A stretch of 38,131 nucleotides of DNA from Octopus bimaculoides (GCF_001194135.2 NC_068981.1:110394897-110433027), one strand, 5' to 3'. Positions 13,106 to 25,625 are shown, counted from the first letter of the stretch. Numbers and translations are program-made. Notes: generated by a model from the sequence alone, not told the origin.

Positions 13106-13604
13106 TTTGGTGAGTCAATATTGTAAAGCAGTGAATTATGCTATTGGTGTGGTTTTTCTGATTGCTTGAGGCTTGTAGAGACTCATGCTGATAAACCAAA
13201 GAACAAATTGTTTGGTTGTATGTGAAGTGTTACTATCAGTGTGGCTTTTTGCTTAGTTGCAGCATGTGGTGAATCATGACCCTAAAATGGAAGGCAAATT
13301 ATTTAGCATGTATGGGTTACAATCAAATTATAAAATAAAGTGAAATGAAATAGAATTTCATTAAAAAAAATATAAGGTGAAAAGTAGAAAATGAAGTAAA
13401 ATGTCATAAGATGAAAATAAAAATCATAAAAAAATATAATTAAATTGAAAATCCTATTCTTCCTTTATTCATTCATGATATAAAACAGTTGCAACCTGTG
13501 TACCTTGAGAAGGTGGCTACACTGCTACACCTAGAGATGGTGGCTATATTACTTCACTTGTGCATGAATATGTGTTGGTGTACATGTAACTATCATTATC
13601 ATCA

Positions 13605-14130
13605 TACATCTTTCACATCTGTTTTCTATGTTAGCATAGGTTGAACAGATCAAGAAAATCCAATGAGTTGGAGGGTCACATTGTGCTCCAATGTCTTAAT
13701 TTTGGCATGGTTTCTACAGCTGTTTCCCTTCTTAATGTCAACTATTTTACAAAGTGTAGTGGGTGGGGTTATGGTACAGAACACTGGAAAGGGAAAGGGG
13801 TAGAATGATTAGTTAGGCAAGATGATGAGAGGAACAAATTTATAGTTGTGAGAGGGCAGTTGTGGAGAGAGTAACAGAGTTGACATTTTTGGGAGAGGGA
13901 AGTATGGAAGGGGCAGGGTAGAGCAGACGGGGATTAGTGTCAGGTGTTAGTGAGAAAGTGTGGGACAGAGTAGCAGTGGTGATGAGGTGGATCCCATGTT
14001 TTCAGAGCAAATATGAGTGGAAAGTATGTGAGAATCTGGAGAGGTTCACTGAAGGAAAAAAAGAGGCATTGGGCTACAGAGGGAGAAATGAGAGGGTGAT
14101 GAGGTGCCTTGCATACATAAAAATGTGTTA
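13605..14130 (-). mobile_element. Old RTE-type tail plus CT-rich 3' UTR remnant
   Basis: Decayed (ATC)n and ttttctatgttagcataggttg tail, followed by purine-rich (+ strand) sequence like 26400-27240. Confidence 0.5.
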
Positions 14131-14736
14131 TGCATGATAAAACTTTCCTTATGTAATTCTTTGTCCCAATTTTGCTATATTTACACCTTTCCAACCATTT
14201 TGCTTCACTTAACATTATATTCATTTAAAAGTATATAATATTTGCCTTGTGCTTTATGGTCACAACTCACCACATGCTTCAACCAATCACATTACAACAG
14301 CACTATATCCCTCTCCCATCTGCACACACATATGGAAAAATTTTTTCACTGGTTTATGTGTATGCCTAACCACACTAAATAATCTGCTGCCTGACTTATG
14401 GGTGTCACTCACTATATAATCCACACTATGTTATGATCATGACTCACCTCAACTCATTGGAACACACACTCTTTAACACAAATCATACAAATACAATCTT
14501 GACTATATTGTTTCAGTTTTCTATATTTTCCGTTTTTTACCCATTTTTTAATGTTTTTATTAATTAGTATTTTAGAGTAGACATTTAGTGACAACCTGTA
14601 AGACTTAAAACTTTTATGTGCGTGCATGCATGTTTTTTCAAGAAATTGACATGGTTGTAATTTAACTTGATCAATAACTTTTTCGTTTTTGTATTTGGTT
14701 TGCAGGATTCTTTTTGTGAATTTGTATGTTGAAGCA

Positions 14737-14930
14737 TATTTTATTGTGTCTGAGGAGAGACATTCTCTTCTAGTGCTTTATTATTTAACACACTCACCAG
14801 TTTGACTTCCACTCATTTACTTATTTATTTTTTCTAAAATAACTAAGTAAATGAGTGGAAGTTGAACTGGTGAGTGTGTTAAGTAAGAAGGCACTAAAAG
14901 AGAATGACTCTCCCTAGACACAACAAAATA
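14737..14930. repeat. Inverted repeat: 94-bp arms, 6-nt loop (MITE-like or foldback)
   Basis: 14737-14830 vs reverse complement of 14837-14930 aligns without gaps, 83/94 identical by manual count. Confidence 0.92.
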
Positions 14931-15684
14931 AGTTCTGCAATAAGTCAATTACAATGTAAAATCAAATGGAAAATTCTATTTTGCCCACATAAAACAGGTG
15001 TCTTTGAAAATTTTCATAAAGAATTCTATAATGTTCTCCTTTCATTAATCTGTCATTATCTTCAGTGATGTCAACACCCATTTAAACAGATACAATAACA
15101 CACTAACATTGCTTGACAATTTAAAATAATTCTTCATACCTCAATCGTACATTAAATCCACTCACAAAGTTGGTAACAGATATTCTTCTAACAGGTAATA
15201 CATCCAATAGGCAGGAATTCATTATTAAATGTATTCTTTGAAATATTACACAGTGGAAATTCTATCATTACTTGCGACTATAAAAGTGTGGAAATACAAT
15301 TCCATCTACAGGATCTTATGTCACATTTAACTCAGATTTCTGTTTAATATCTCTTATCTTACATTTCTAGTTTCCATGGCACGTGTACCAAAAGTTCACA
15401 CAAACCTGTTTCACAAAAGAAAGTTACTTCTTAAAATATTAATGTCAATAGAATTAGAATTACTTAAGATTAAAAGAATGACGGGGGGGGGGGGGAACAG
15501 ACCTAAATTAAAATATAGACATTGATAGAATGCATTATATCAATGTATACTGATTTCTGTTAAAAAGCAAAAAGCAGGAAATTGAAAGTTCAGCAAATTT
15601 TTTAACTTCAGTAATAAAATACTAATCAGAGGAAAGGAAAGCATCTTTCTTCATTGACAAAACATATACATATACTCTTTTTCT

Positions 15685-16054
15685 CTTTTACTTGTTTCAG
15701 GCATTTGACTGCGGCCATGCTAGGGCACCATCTTGAAGGGTTTTAGTCAAACAAATCAATCCTAGGACTTACTTTTTTAAGCCTAATACTTATTCTATTA
15801 GTCTCTTTCGCCAAACTGCAAAGTTATGGAGATGTAAACATACCAACACCAGTTGTCAAGCAGTGAGTGGGGGACAAACACAGGCACAAAGACACACACA
15901 CATATATACGAGGAGGTTCTTTCAGTTTCCATCTACCAAATTCACTCAAGGCTTTAATCATTCCATGGCTATAGTAGAAGACATTTGTCCAAGGTACCAC
16001 GCAGTGGGACTGAACCTGGAACCACATGGTTGGGAAGCAAGCTACTTACCACAC
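15685..16054 (-). mobile_element. tRNA-derived SINE (family 1)
   Basis: Minus strand gtgtggtaagtagcttgcttcccaaccatgtggttccaggttcagtcccactgcgtggtaccttggacaaatgtc has A/B-box-like elements and is colinear with 8885-9301. Confidence 0.85.
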
Positions 16055-17574
16055 TCTTTCATTATCTCATTTTATTGAGTTAATTTTTTTAAGAATTGCA
16101 AATACATCTTTTACGCAATCAGAAGTCTAAATTATCTAGTGATCAAACCTATCATCATCAAGAAGATCAATCTCTCCAGCCATTGTCAGTAACATCTTAC
16201 AGTAACTGGCCGTCAGAGTGGTGAGAGTACAAGAACAGGCATCGTTATGAGATTACTAGCCATTGAACTGGATTCTTTTTTGAGGATTTGTACATCTGCA
16301 ACATGTCATCCACAGCTTATTCTTTATATATGAAATCATACTCAAATGGTCATAGATAATTGAGACTAATGCTGTTAGGTTTAGTGTGCCATGATTTTCA
16401 TTACTAGAATCTGTCCTTTTCAAAGTATTTACATTTGTAATTTCAAAATCTGTTTCAACTGCATTAATGTCAAAGCATGTGGAGCAGCTCATCAAACTCC
16501 CAAATCAATCCACATTTCTCTCCAATGTAAAATACCATAGCAATAAATGGCAGGGTGATCACTACCTGAAACTAAGCACTACTAAATCAAAAACCCAAAG
16601 TTTTCCATAATAAACTAACTGGTCAAGTAGTCCTATTAAAAGTCCCATAATTGACTATTTTGTTATATTTTGTTATTATCATCATTATCATCTGATGAAG
16701 TAGGCATGTTTTTACGAGCCTTTCTTCAAAGCAAAGGTTTTATTTACTAGATGAAATAGAAATTTTACTAAAATTACTTGCATACAGATAACTTTATATA
16801 GTTAAGAGCTTCCTTTTACAGAGGCTGACAAAGTAGAAAATATAATTTGAGTTTCATTTAGACAAAATTATATTTTTCTTTTGTCACTGACAAAAAGAAT
16901 GGCCATGATCATTTCATGTCACACACCCAAGAAAAAAAAAAACAACACTAATTTAGTTATAACACAAACTATTGATAACATGCACAAGCAGAGAGAAAAT
17001 ACAATCCTTTTAACTCAACCAAGAGAAATCTTATCATCAATGGTGTACACACACATAGTTTCAGGTGTAAACACAAATAACAATAGATTTACTTTTGGTA
17101 ATGTTTTGTCCAGCAGGGAAACTCGTAATATGGAACACTTTCCAGAGAGATCTAAGGCTTGGAAACATTTTGTACACCAAACTGGAACCATTCTTCCACA
17201 AGTAACTATAAAGGCCATGAGAAGAGAAAAATATGTACCACTGCCTCAAGAAAGACAATAAAATTCTAATCTCATCCAAACATGAACAGGAGACAATTCT
17301 GGACAATATTTTAGATGAAATATCCTGCATTGGGAGAGGGAGATCATATGACTCTATATGTACTTTTCTTTAAAGCAGGATGCAGTGAAAATTAAACCCA
17401 AATAATGTACAAGACATCTACCCGTGAGCTGAATCCACAGATTTTGGAAGGAGAAACACAGGGATCACTGACAAGTACATTGGTGATGATTTTGAGCCCT
17501 GATTAAAGCCTTTTTGGCTAATAAAGAAAAGATTATTATTATTATTAATCAGAAACCATTATTGCTGTTATTAA

Positions 17575-17730
17575 AGCAGACAGCTGGCAGAATTGTTATT
17601 ATACTAGACAGCATGCTTAGTGTCATTTTTTTCTGACTTTTTACATTCCAAGTTCAAATGTCACTCGAGATTGAATTTGGCTTTCATCTTTTTGGGGTCA
17701 GTGAAATAAGCACCACTTGAGTACATACAC
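17575..17730 (+). mobile_element. Degenerate SINE (family 2)
   Basis: agctggcagaattgtt...aagttcaaat...ggctttcatctttttggggtc; same pattern at 18343-18455. Confidence 0.6.
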
Positions 17731-17749
17731 TTGTACCTATTCTAGAAAG

Positions 17750-18330
17750 GATTATTATTGAGTGAGAGGGCAGCGCATGCCATCAAAGTAACACTGGGGT
17801 ACAAATATAAAAAGCCCAATATACCCATCATGACTACCTGCCTGATAAGGGTACACCAGGCACATGCATCACAACCATATGTGCTTGACATAATGATCTC
17901 ATATCATGATAAACAGCACATGACCTTGTAGGTAGGGCCCAGTTAGAATTTTCTTCTGGTCGAGGAGCCCATCCTGCCCCAAAAATCCCTGAATAAGGGT
18001 TATTTAAGGATGTTGAATGAAACACTCATGTTTCCAGAGGTGAGTTATTGAAACTGCAAAGAGTTCCTCTCAACACATAGCTATGATGCTCCCCCACTGC
18101 TTCTGCTCGTGATCAGAGATGCACATATCATCAGCCACCAAGGGACATGCTCAACTGGTTACGGTCAAACAACTGACAAGCAAATCTGTGGTATTGAGCT
18201 GAATATTTGCTGTAGCCCATCTTTTATACCAAGATAAAACATGTACTTGATAAACACTTCCAATCAGTTAAGATCAGAAGCTATGAGAGCCACTGCCTGG
18301 TATTGCATGAGGGCATTGTCATTATTATTA
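17750..18330. repeat. Unclassified ~570-bp interspersed-repeat-like segment flanked by (ATT)n
   Basis: GC-richer block bounded by attattatt on both sides. It resembles a repeat I recall from octopus DNA, but it has only one copy in this window. Confidence 0.45.
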
Positions 18331-18342
18331 AGAAAAAGAAGA

Positions 18343-18455
18343 CAGTGAGCTGGCAGAATCATTAGAGTGTCAGACAAAATGCCTTGTGGTATTTCTTCCC
18401 ATTCTTTTATATTCTGAGTTCAATTTCTGCCAAGATCAACTTTGAAGTCATCCCT
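18343..18455 (+). mobile_element. Degenerate SINE head (family 2)
   Basis: gagctggcagaatcattagag...ttctgagttcaatttctgccaagatcaactttg. Confidence 0.6.
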
Positions 18456-20690
18456 TCTAAAAATGTACTTTGAGTTTTCTCAAATCTAATGTATTTGTAG
18501 CATCTGGCTTTGAAACTGTTGTTGCTCTGTTTACCAACCTAAGAATAAGAAATGGTGCTAGTGCTACACAATATAATGTTTCATCTCCATAATCATTTGA
18601 CCAATTGCATCCATTTCTTTTCTTGAAATGACAGCTGAAAATTATCCAAGCTTAATGTTAAACTTTATACTACTCAATCAAACTTTTCTTTATTATATCT
18701 TTGTTAATTGATTAAATGAGAAATTCTCAAAAGCAACGCTTTTGTTTTTGTTATTTAACTAGTGTTTAGTGTCTGAATCATCCAAATGGGATAAAAATAG
18801 AATTAAATATTTTCCTTTATTTTTATAGTTTGTTTTTTAAAAACATGCAGCTGCAACAAGTTTAAAGCTGTTTTTTTTTATGTTGTTGCTTTATGACACT
18901 TCCTTATTAATGTACCTAAACACCCACAAACATTTATATGGTATCAATTGCTCTTTTTGACTTTCTGTTGCTTAATGTTTGCTATATTAGTTGCTTAAAT
19001 ATAGCTTCTACTCAGTGTAACTTCATTCTTTCTTTAAATTGAGATGATGTATTTGATATACCATTAATTTTTGGTTAGTATTCACCAATTAAAGGTTGTA
19101 TGCCACTCCTAGAATGTTAATCAAAAGTATGAAATTTGCCCTGAACTGACATAATAGTAATCTCATATACACATATCTGGAGTTTCTGAACTTTTAAGCT
19201 TTTGTTATGCTACTGCTGTACTGTAAATCAACTTACACAACCACTCAATAGCAGCAACAACTTGTCCATTGTAAATAATCTTGCTGAAACTGAATAATGC
19301 TTGCATGGATTTGCAAACCTGTTGGTTCTTCGCTATTTTTACTACATTGGTAAAAGCAAGTCCTGCTATGTTAAAACCTCCCAATCCTACTACTGCTCTT
19401 GTTTTGATGTTCCTGATGCTTTCAAATCCAATATTATCTCAATCTTACTTTGGTAAGGGCTCTTAGTGCTACAGCGCCTCTTTTCACTACTCAGTTCTAC
19501 TTAAATCTAAAAATCACTCAGACTTTAGATAATCTGTGTTTAGTACTATGAAATAATTTACTGATATCTCTTTCAGTTGGAGTGCTCATTTAATTCAAAC
19601 TTCCATTGTATAATATTTTACTATTCTCTGTACTTTTTTTACTTATATTTTTATGTATACATTTCTTTCAATGTTCTTGAAAACACCATGAAAATCATGT
19701 AATATTGTTTTCCATTCATATAAAAATGAGTTAAGTGCAGTTATATTTATAAATCAAGTTTTACATGTAAAGGTATGACTGTTAGGCATTAATAGAAAAG
19801 AAATTAACAGAATTATCTCTAATGTACTTTTAATGGTATCTTTCTTAATTTTGTTCTTTTTATTTTATTTTGCATTATTCTTTCAGAATAATTTATCCAA
19901 AAATACTTTTCAACATAGGATATACTCACCTGTATTTCTTTTATGTTTGTGTATCAAAGATTTTATGTTTACATAAAAATCAATATTATTATGCCTTAAG
20001 AAATGAATAGTAGTACTGTGATTAGTATACATATCAAGTTCATGTTGGAAGTAGTACATTCATTGATATAGGAAACATTCTAAGTACTAATTTCCCTTGT
20101 GTAGTTAAATATTCATATTTTGTGTTAGTTTCATAAGTAATCCATCAACCATTATTTGATACATTGCATGACATGTTGAATTGGGTTACACATCCTGTCT
20201 GTGGAGTTGTATCCAAGTAAGATTCGTTAGATTTCCTTTTCTTTTCTTGCCATAGATATTGAATGACTCTCCTATGTAGCAGGGTTTTCCAGAAACTAAA
20301 ATACTTCTAAGTATTGCTGCTTGGCAAAACTCATTAAGGAGGATGAGACCTGGCTAAAAACCATAATGGGTTAAATTTTTTTTTTTTTTTTTACATTTCT
20401 TTGCAATTGTTTATGTTCCTTTCTTAGTTTAAGTACTCTGTTATACTTACCTTGGTCAATATAAATGGAAGTAACATGCTAATCCTACTTAGTGCTAATT
20501 ATTGTTTCTAGGAAAGCAGTCACCAAATCATGCAAATAATTCCTATGGGCAATGTTTGCAAAAGAACGTACACCAAACTTCAAAAATATTGTTGCCAAAA
20601 AAATCATTTGTGTTGAGATATTTTCTCTTAAAAATTTCTATTCAGTAGATTGATTTTTAATTAATTCTATGTCCATTCTTAATCGAACAG

Positions 20691-20848
20691 GGTGCCAGGT
20701 TACCGCTGGGCTCTTGAACAAGCTAAATACAACCTTGTAAATAACTATCTTGTGGTTGGCGTCACTGAAGAATTAGGGGACTTTGTTGCCATACTTGAGG
20801 CTACACTACCTCGGTTTTTCAAAGGAGCTGTAGATCTCTATAACTCAG
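20691..20848 (+). CDS. HS2ST1: Heparan sulfate 2-O-sulfotransferase, penultimate exon (158 nt, phase 2 to 1)
   Basis: Acceptor aacag, donor gtaaga. Encodes (W)VPGYRWALEQAKYNLVNNYLVVGVTEELGDFVAILEATLPRFFKGAVDLYNS(G), in frame with both flanking exons. Confidence 0.96.
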
Positions 20849-21304
20849 GTAAGAATAATTAAGTTCTTAAAATTATTGCTTTTTATTGATTAGATATTTG
20901 ATAACTCATTTTATTTATTTGAAACACAATAGTATTCTATTTTATCAAGCCATGAATATGGGCCGACTTGTTGGATCCGATTCTTTAAGTATACAGTTTC
21001 CTTAACTTTTGTATATAGAACATGCAAATTTTTGTAAGATATTTGCAAATGAATTAGAATAATGCTTGCATTTATAGATGTTTGAAGATGGGAAACTTTT
21101 GCAAAACTGAACCTGCTGATGAACTGTTTGTGATCTTTCTGCAAAAGCATTTTGCAACTTCTAATTAACTGGATCACATTCCCCAACTTTCTATAAAGAC
21201 GACATTGCTTAGAGTCTCCCAAGCAATAGATGCCTTTCTTCAAACTGTGTCTACAAGTGCTTAATGCTACCAGCTAATTGAAGGCTCTTGGTTTTCTTTC
21301 TTGA

Positions 21305-21344
21305 ATCATCATCATCATCATCATCATTATTATTATTATTATTA

Positions 21345-21382
<38 letters not shown>

Positions 21383-21400
21383 AATAATAATAATAATGGT
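21305..21400. repeat. Compound trinucleotide microsatellite (ATC)n(ATT)n(AAT)n
   Basis: Read directly. The (ATT)n to (AAT)n junction is self-complementary. Confidence 0.9.
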
Positions 21401-21419
21401 AATGGTAATAAATTCATTC

Positions 21420-21700
21420 AGTTGGAATCAATAAAAAAGTACCCACCAAGTACTAGTGTTGATTAAATCGGTTACACTTCTTCCCCAAATATGTGGCTTT
21501 GTGTGTTTATGTTAGGAAGCATTATTATTAATGTTAAAGGAGTGGAACTGCAGAAACAGTAGAGGGTTACACTAAATGCATTACAGTGTTTAGTTACATT
21601 TCTCTATGATTTGAGTTTAAATCCCTCTGGGGTAAACTGTCTTTCATCTTTCTGAAGTCAATAAGTACTATTCAAGTCAAAGAGTTGATTCAATTGATTA
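21420..21700 (+). mobile_element. Two adjacent degenerate family-2 SINE pieces
   Basis: A 3' half (aataaaaaagtacc...gcattattatt) followed by a head (gaactgcagaaacag...gtctttcatctttctg). Confidence 0.45.
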
Positions 21701-22086
21701 TATAGCCCAACCATCAAATATCTGGCATACTGCCATTGCTAGAAATGCAGAAACTGTGGAGTTTCTGCTATATTTAGTTGTGTCCCTTTTCAGATCAAAT
21801 CCTGTCTGAGTTGATTATGCTATGCTGTTCATATGAAAGTTAGAAATTATTATTTATAGTTATTATGTATCAAGTTTGGCGCTGTTCTGCCCAAACAACC
21901 AAAAAAATTAAGGATCTTTAACTGGTTTTAGAGATGGCATGGTTGATGTTGAAAGATGTTTCTTTCTTTATTTTTTTAAAGAACATAAAATGATAAAAAT
22001 ATATTAAAATCATGTTTATTTTCATATAATTTTTTATTTACTATTAGATAGTTTAAAGTACTAATATCTTAAAATGTTGTTTTCAG

Positions 22087-22307
22087 GTCACAAATCGCAT
22101 TTACGGAAAACTTCTAACAAAATTCCTCCAAAAGAATCATCTTTATTGAAAATACAGCAATCAAAAGTTTGGAAAATGGAACAAGAATTTTATGATTTTG
22201 CAGTTGAGCAATTCCATTTTATCAAACAACTTACTTTTGATTTGGTTGATGGTGAATATATAGAGAAAGGTTATCAATTTATATATGAGAAAATCCGGCC
22301 AAGGTGA
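22087..22307 (+). CDS. HS2ST1: Heparan sulfate 2-O-sulfotransferase, last coding exon with stop codon
   Basis: Acceptor ttgttttcag. Encodes (G)HKSHLRKTSNK...KIQQSKVWKMEQEFYDFAVEQF...QFIYEKIRPR*, with the HS2ST SHLRKT and YEKI motifs. TGA at 22305-22307. Confidence 0.96.
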
Positions 22308-22726
22308 AGCTGATGTCGGACAGAGAATAGGTGTCATTCCAGGTTAGAATGAATTGTGAAGTGAAATTCCAACTCTTCCCCATTCATCCCCACCCATTTC
22401 CTCTACAGAATAGGTAGACATACATGCATACACATATATAGTATCCATTATTTGTATCTTGGTAGCAACTATTGCCAGCCATTAGGATAGATCCTCCTCT
22501 CTCAAATAACCTACACATTTGAAGTAGCCATTTCCTGTGAAGTTTGCAACAGTAACTTGCTATCATTACATCAGTTATGTATGCATTAGAAGCAACCTTT
22601 ATTTTTTTTAAGATAGCAACAACTCTCTCTCTCTCTCTCTCTCTCTCACATGCACACACACANNNNNNNNNNNNNNNNNNNNNNNNNNNNNNNNNNNNNN
22701 NNNNNNNNNNNNNNNNNNNNNNNNNN

Positions 22727-22776
<50 letters not shown>

Positions 22777-23187
22777 CAAAGCACTTTCTGAACCTATGCC
22801 TTCTAAATGCTGTTGCCAAAGTCACAGTTGCATCAACACTTACCTTGATTTATTTCTACCACTACAACCTACATCTCCAATATAACAGTACAGTTCTTGA
22901 TTATTTTACTTTAGCTTGCATTTTTCTACTACCATTGTCACCAACACATGATACTATGAAAATACTATTCCAATCCATCATATACTTGCTGCTCTTATTA
23001 TAAGCATTAATGCTTTCACTGTTAGAAACATCAACCCTAATCTTGCTGCTGCTACTATTACTGTTGCTACTACCATTCTCACCCAAATGATAAACAACAC
23101 AGTTTATTCTTACATTAACAATCACTTGATAGAAATATGTAGTTATCAATTTTGATCCATATCACCACTTTATAAAACCACTAGATG

Positions 23188-23210
23188 AATAAAGGATCTA
23201 AAGAAATAAA
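23188..23210 (+). promoter_or_regulatory. Candidate proximal polyadenylation signals (two AATAAA)
   Basis: AATAAA at 23188-23193 and 23205-23210, about 0.9 kb after the HS2ST stop. The hexamer is frequent in AT-rich DNA. Confidence 0.3.
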
Positions 23211-23375
23211 TTTGAAATAACACCCTTTAATGATGGCACCTACCCTTATTCCTTACACCACCTCCACAACTTTCTTTCCTCGTTAGGAAAAAAAAAATAA
23301 ATAAACATTGTTTTCCTGTGTGAAATTCAAGAAATCAGAACTATGGTAATGAAACGTTCTCCTATGGAGACAAGC

Positions 23376-23418
<43 letters not shown>

Positions 23419-24011
23419 TTTGTTGTTTCTTTTTTCTTTTCCTTCTGCAAAAATATATATATAAATAAATCAAAATAAAAGAAAAATAGGGAGAAAAAAG
23501 ACTTAAAAGGAAAAGAAAAGAATAAGAAAAAACTTATGGGAGTATTTTATTAACATGTTTTAATAAAAGATATGAACCAAAACCGTTGTATGTTTAATGG
23601 GTGAAATGGGCAAGGTAAGAAAGAGAAAATAAACTTTATTTCCCTTGAAGACATAACTAAATGTCTTTTATTAAGAAAGGTTAAAAATTAAAGTGGTTTC
23701 ATTTTTATTGTTACCATAATAGTTACTGATATTTTTATTTCTTATTAAAAAAAAAATCAAAATTTTATCTTTTGCTATTATTACTGTTCTTTCATTATTT
23801 CAGTTTTGATTGTTGATACCTATTCTATGTGTCAATTTTCTTTAAAGAAAAATAAGAAGCAATTTGAAGAAGCAGGGAGCATTTTTTTTTTTTTTTTTTT
23901 TTTTATCAACAAAGTTCAGGAAAAGGATTTCTAAATTCTTTCCTCCTGTATGCTGTACAATCAAGAGTATATATTATGGAACAGTGAGAATCCATTAAGT
24001 TATCGTTGCCA

Positions 24012-24050
<39 letters not shown>

Positions 24051-24671
24051 TCAATGGTAATGGTAATCTGTCTTTGTAAATACTGTTGGAGTTTTAGAAA
24101 CTTCGTTAATTGTTTTATTGAGTTGTTTTTAGTAGTTACACAAAATATTTTCCCTTTACTAAATTATACTTTTCACTATATCTAAGCAGTAACCTTGAGC
24201 TTTTTGTTTGCAACATTCTACTTGAAGAAATTAAACTCTATCCCCTATCATGTTCATACAGTTTAATATGTATCAAATCTTCGATGGTTGAGGTATTTCA
24301 AACTCAAGCATCTAAGATTTGATGCCTTCTATAAGATTTATTAAAAGCATATTTTCAATCATATAATATAAATATTATATTTATATTATGCTATCATATT
24401 AAAACACACCCAGTCCACACTGTAAGGCATACAACTTCAAAGATGATTGGTTTTTCTCTGTTTCTATGCATGCAAGTTTACACGGACCATGACAGGCTAT
24501 CCACCTCATGCTCGCAATGGGAAAAAAAAAGACGTAAAATATTGGCGGATGGGATGATGTTGATATAAATATATGAATTAACAACTAAGTTATAATATAA
24601 ACCATATTGCACATACAAATGTATGTGCAAACACTGAAAGAACCACTGAGAGAAATATTTTTAGAAGTGTG

Positions 24672-24748
<77 letters not shown>

Positions 24749-24925
24749 GAGCTGTGACCATGAGGAAGGGGACTGCCTTTGAGAGCTAAGTCAATCATAT
24801 TACCTCCAAGCCTTATTTCAGCCTGATACTTATGTTGTCCTGGCAAAAAAAAGTCACAGGCTTAGAAGTCATAGTTTTGACTATTTTAATGTTCCTTTTG
24901 TTGAAATGTTCTTTTCAAAATATTG

Positions 24926-24931
24926 AATAAA
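24926..24931 (+). promoter_or_regulatory. Candidate distal polyadenylation signal
   Basis: AATAAA followed by U/GU-rich sequence, just before the first clear SINE at 25303. Confidence 0.3.
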
Positions 24932-25302
24932 ATGTGACTTTTTTTACACATATGTTTTATGCCATTATATAAACTGTGTTGTCACTGTGTACAAGGCATA
25001 ATTTGTCAGTTAATAAGCAACTTAATATATTATTTTTTTAATTATCCTATTATTTATAGTAATTGAATTAAATGTTTTTCCTGTAACTATTTTTCCTAGC
25101 CAAAATTATAACTTTTGTTCTGTGGCTTGACTTTTTTCCTTTGTATGTCTGTTCAACTTTATTTTATGAATTTCTGTTTATTAAATAGCTACTTTACTGC
25201 ATATAAAGTGAGACAACATAAACATCATCAAATTTTAGATCATTAGAAATGCAAGCACGCACATACATTTGTATATATTTGTGTGTGTCTCCTTATATAT
25301 AG

Positions 25303-25625
25303 TGAAGGCACCTGGTTTAGTGGTTAGAGCATCGGGCTCACAATCATGAGGTAGTGAGTTTGATTCCTGGACCAGGCTGTGTGTTGTGTTTTTGAGCAAG
25401 ACACTTTATTTCATGTTGCTTCAGTTCACTCAGCTGTAGAAATGAGTTGTGATGTCAGTGGCACTTTTCTTTTGGATAACATCACTGGTATGGAGAGTGA
25501 AGGCTGGTATGCATGGGCGACTGTTGGTCTTCCATAAAAACCTTGCCCAGACTTGTGCCTCAGAGGGGAACTTTCTAGGTGCAATCTCATGGTCATTTGA
25601 TACTGAAACAGGGTCTTTGCCTTTT
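25303..25625 (+). mobile_element. tRNA-derived SINE (family 3)
   Basis: A-box-like tggtttagtggttagagc and B-box-like gagtttgattcc, then gtgttgtgtttttgagcaagacact and a non-tRNA body. Confidence 0.75.

Noticed and set aside
11858-13110. Target-site duplication for the 11871-13105 RTE
   Set aside because: Only ctgttt is shared by the flanks, partly overlapping element sequence. Too short to call.
17476-17502. Peptide YIGDDFEP resembling the HS2ST upstream exon (RFGDDYRP)
   Set aside because: It lies downstream of the exon it should precede, is followed by a stop, and lacks flanking homology and splice sites.
17508-17521. gcctttttggctaa resembling the U2 snRNA 5' end
   Set aside because: Only about 13 nt match and there is no continuation into the U2 branch-point recognition sequence.
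18880-19500. Minus-strand frames with faint LINE/GIY-YIG-like words (GLGGFNIA, FKERMKLH)
   Set aside because: Too decayed, and motif spacing is inconsistent. Needs a profile search.
22384-24846. Short ORFs with CVCV, THTH, SLSL or ERER runs
   Set aside because: Translations of dinucleotide microsatellites.
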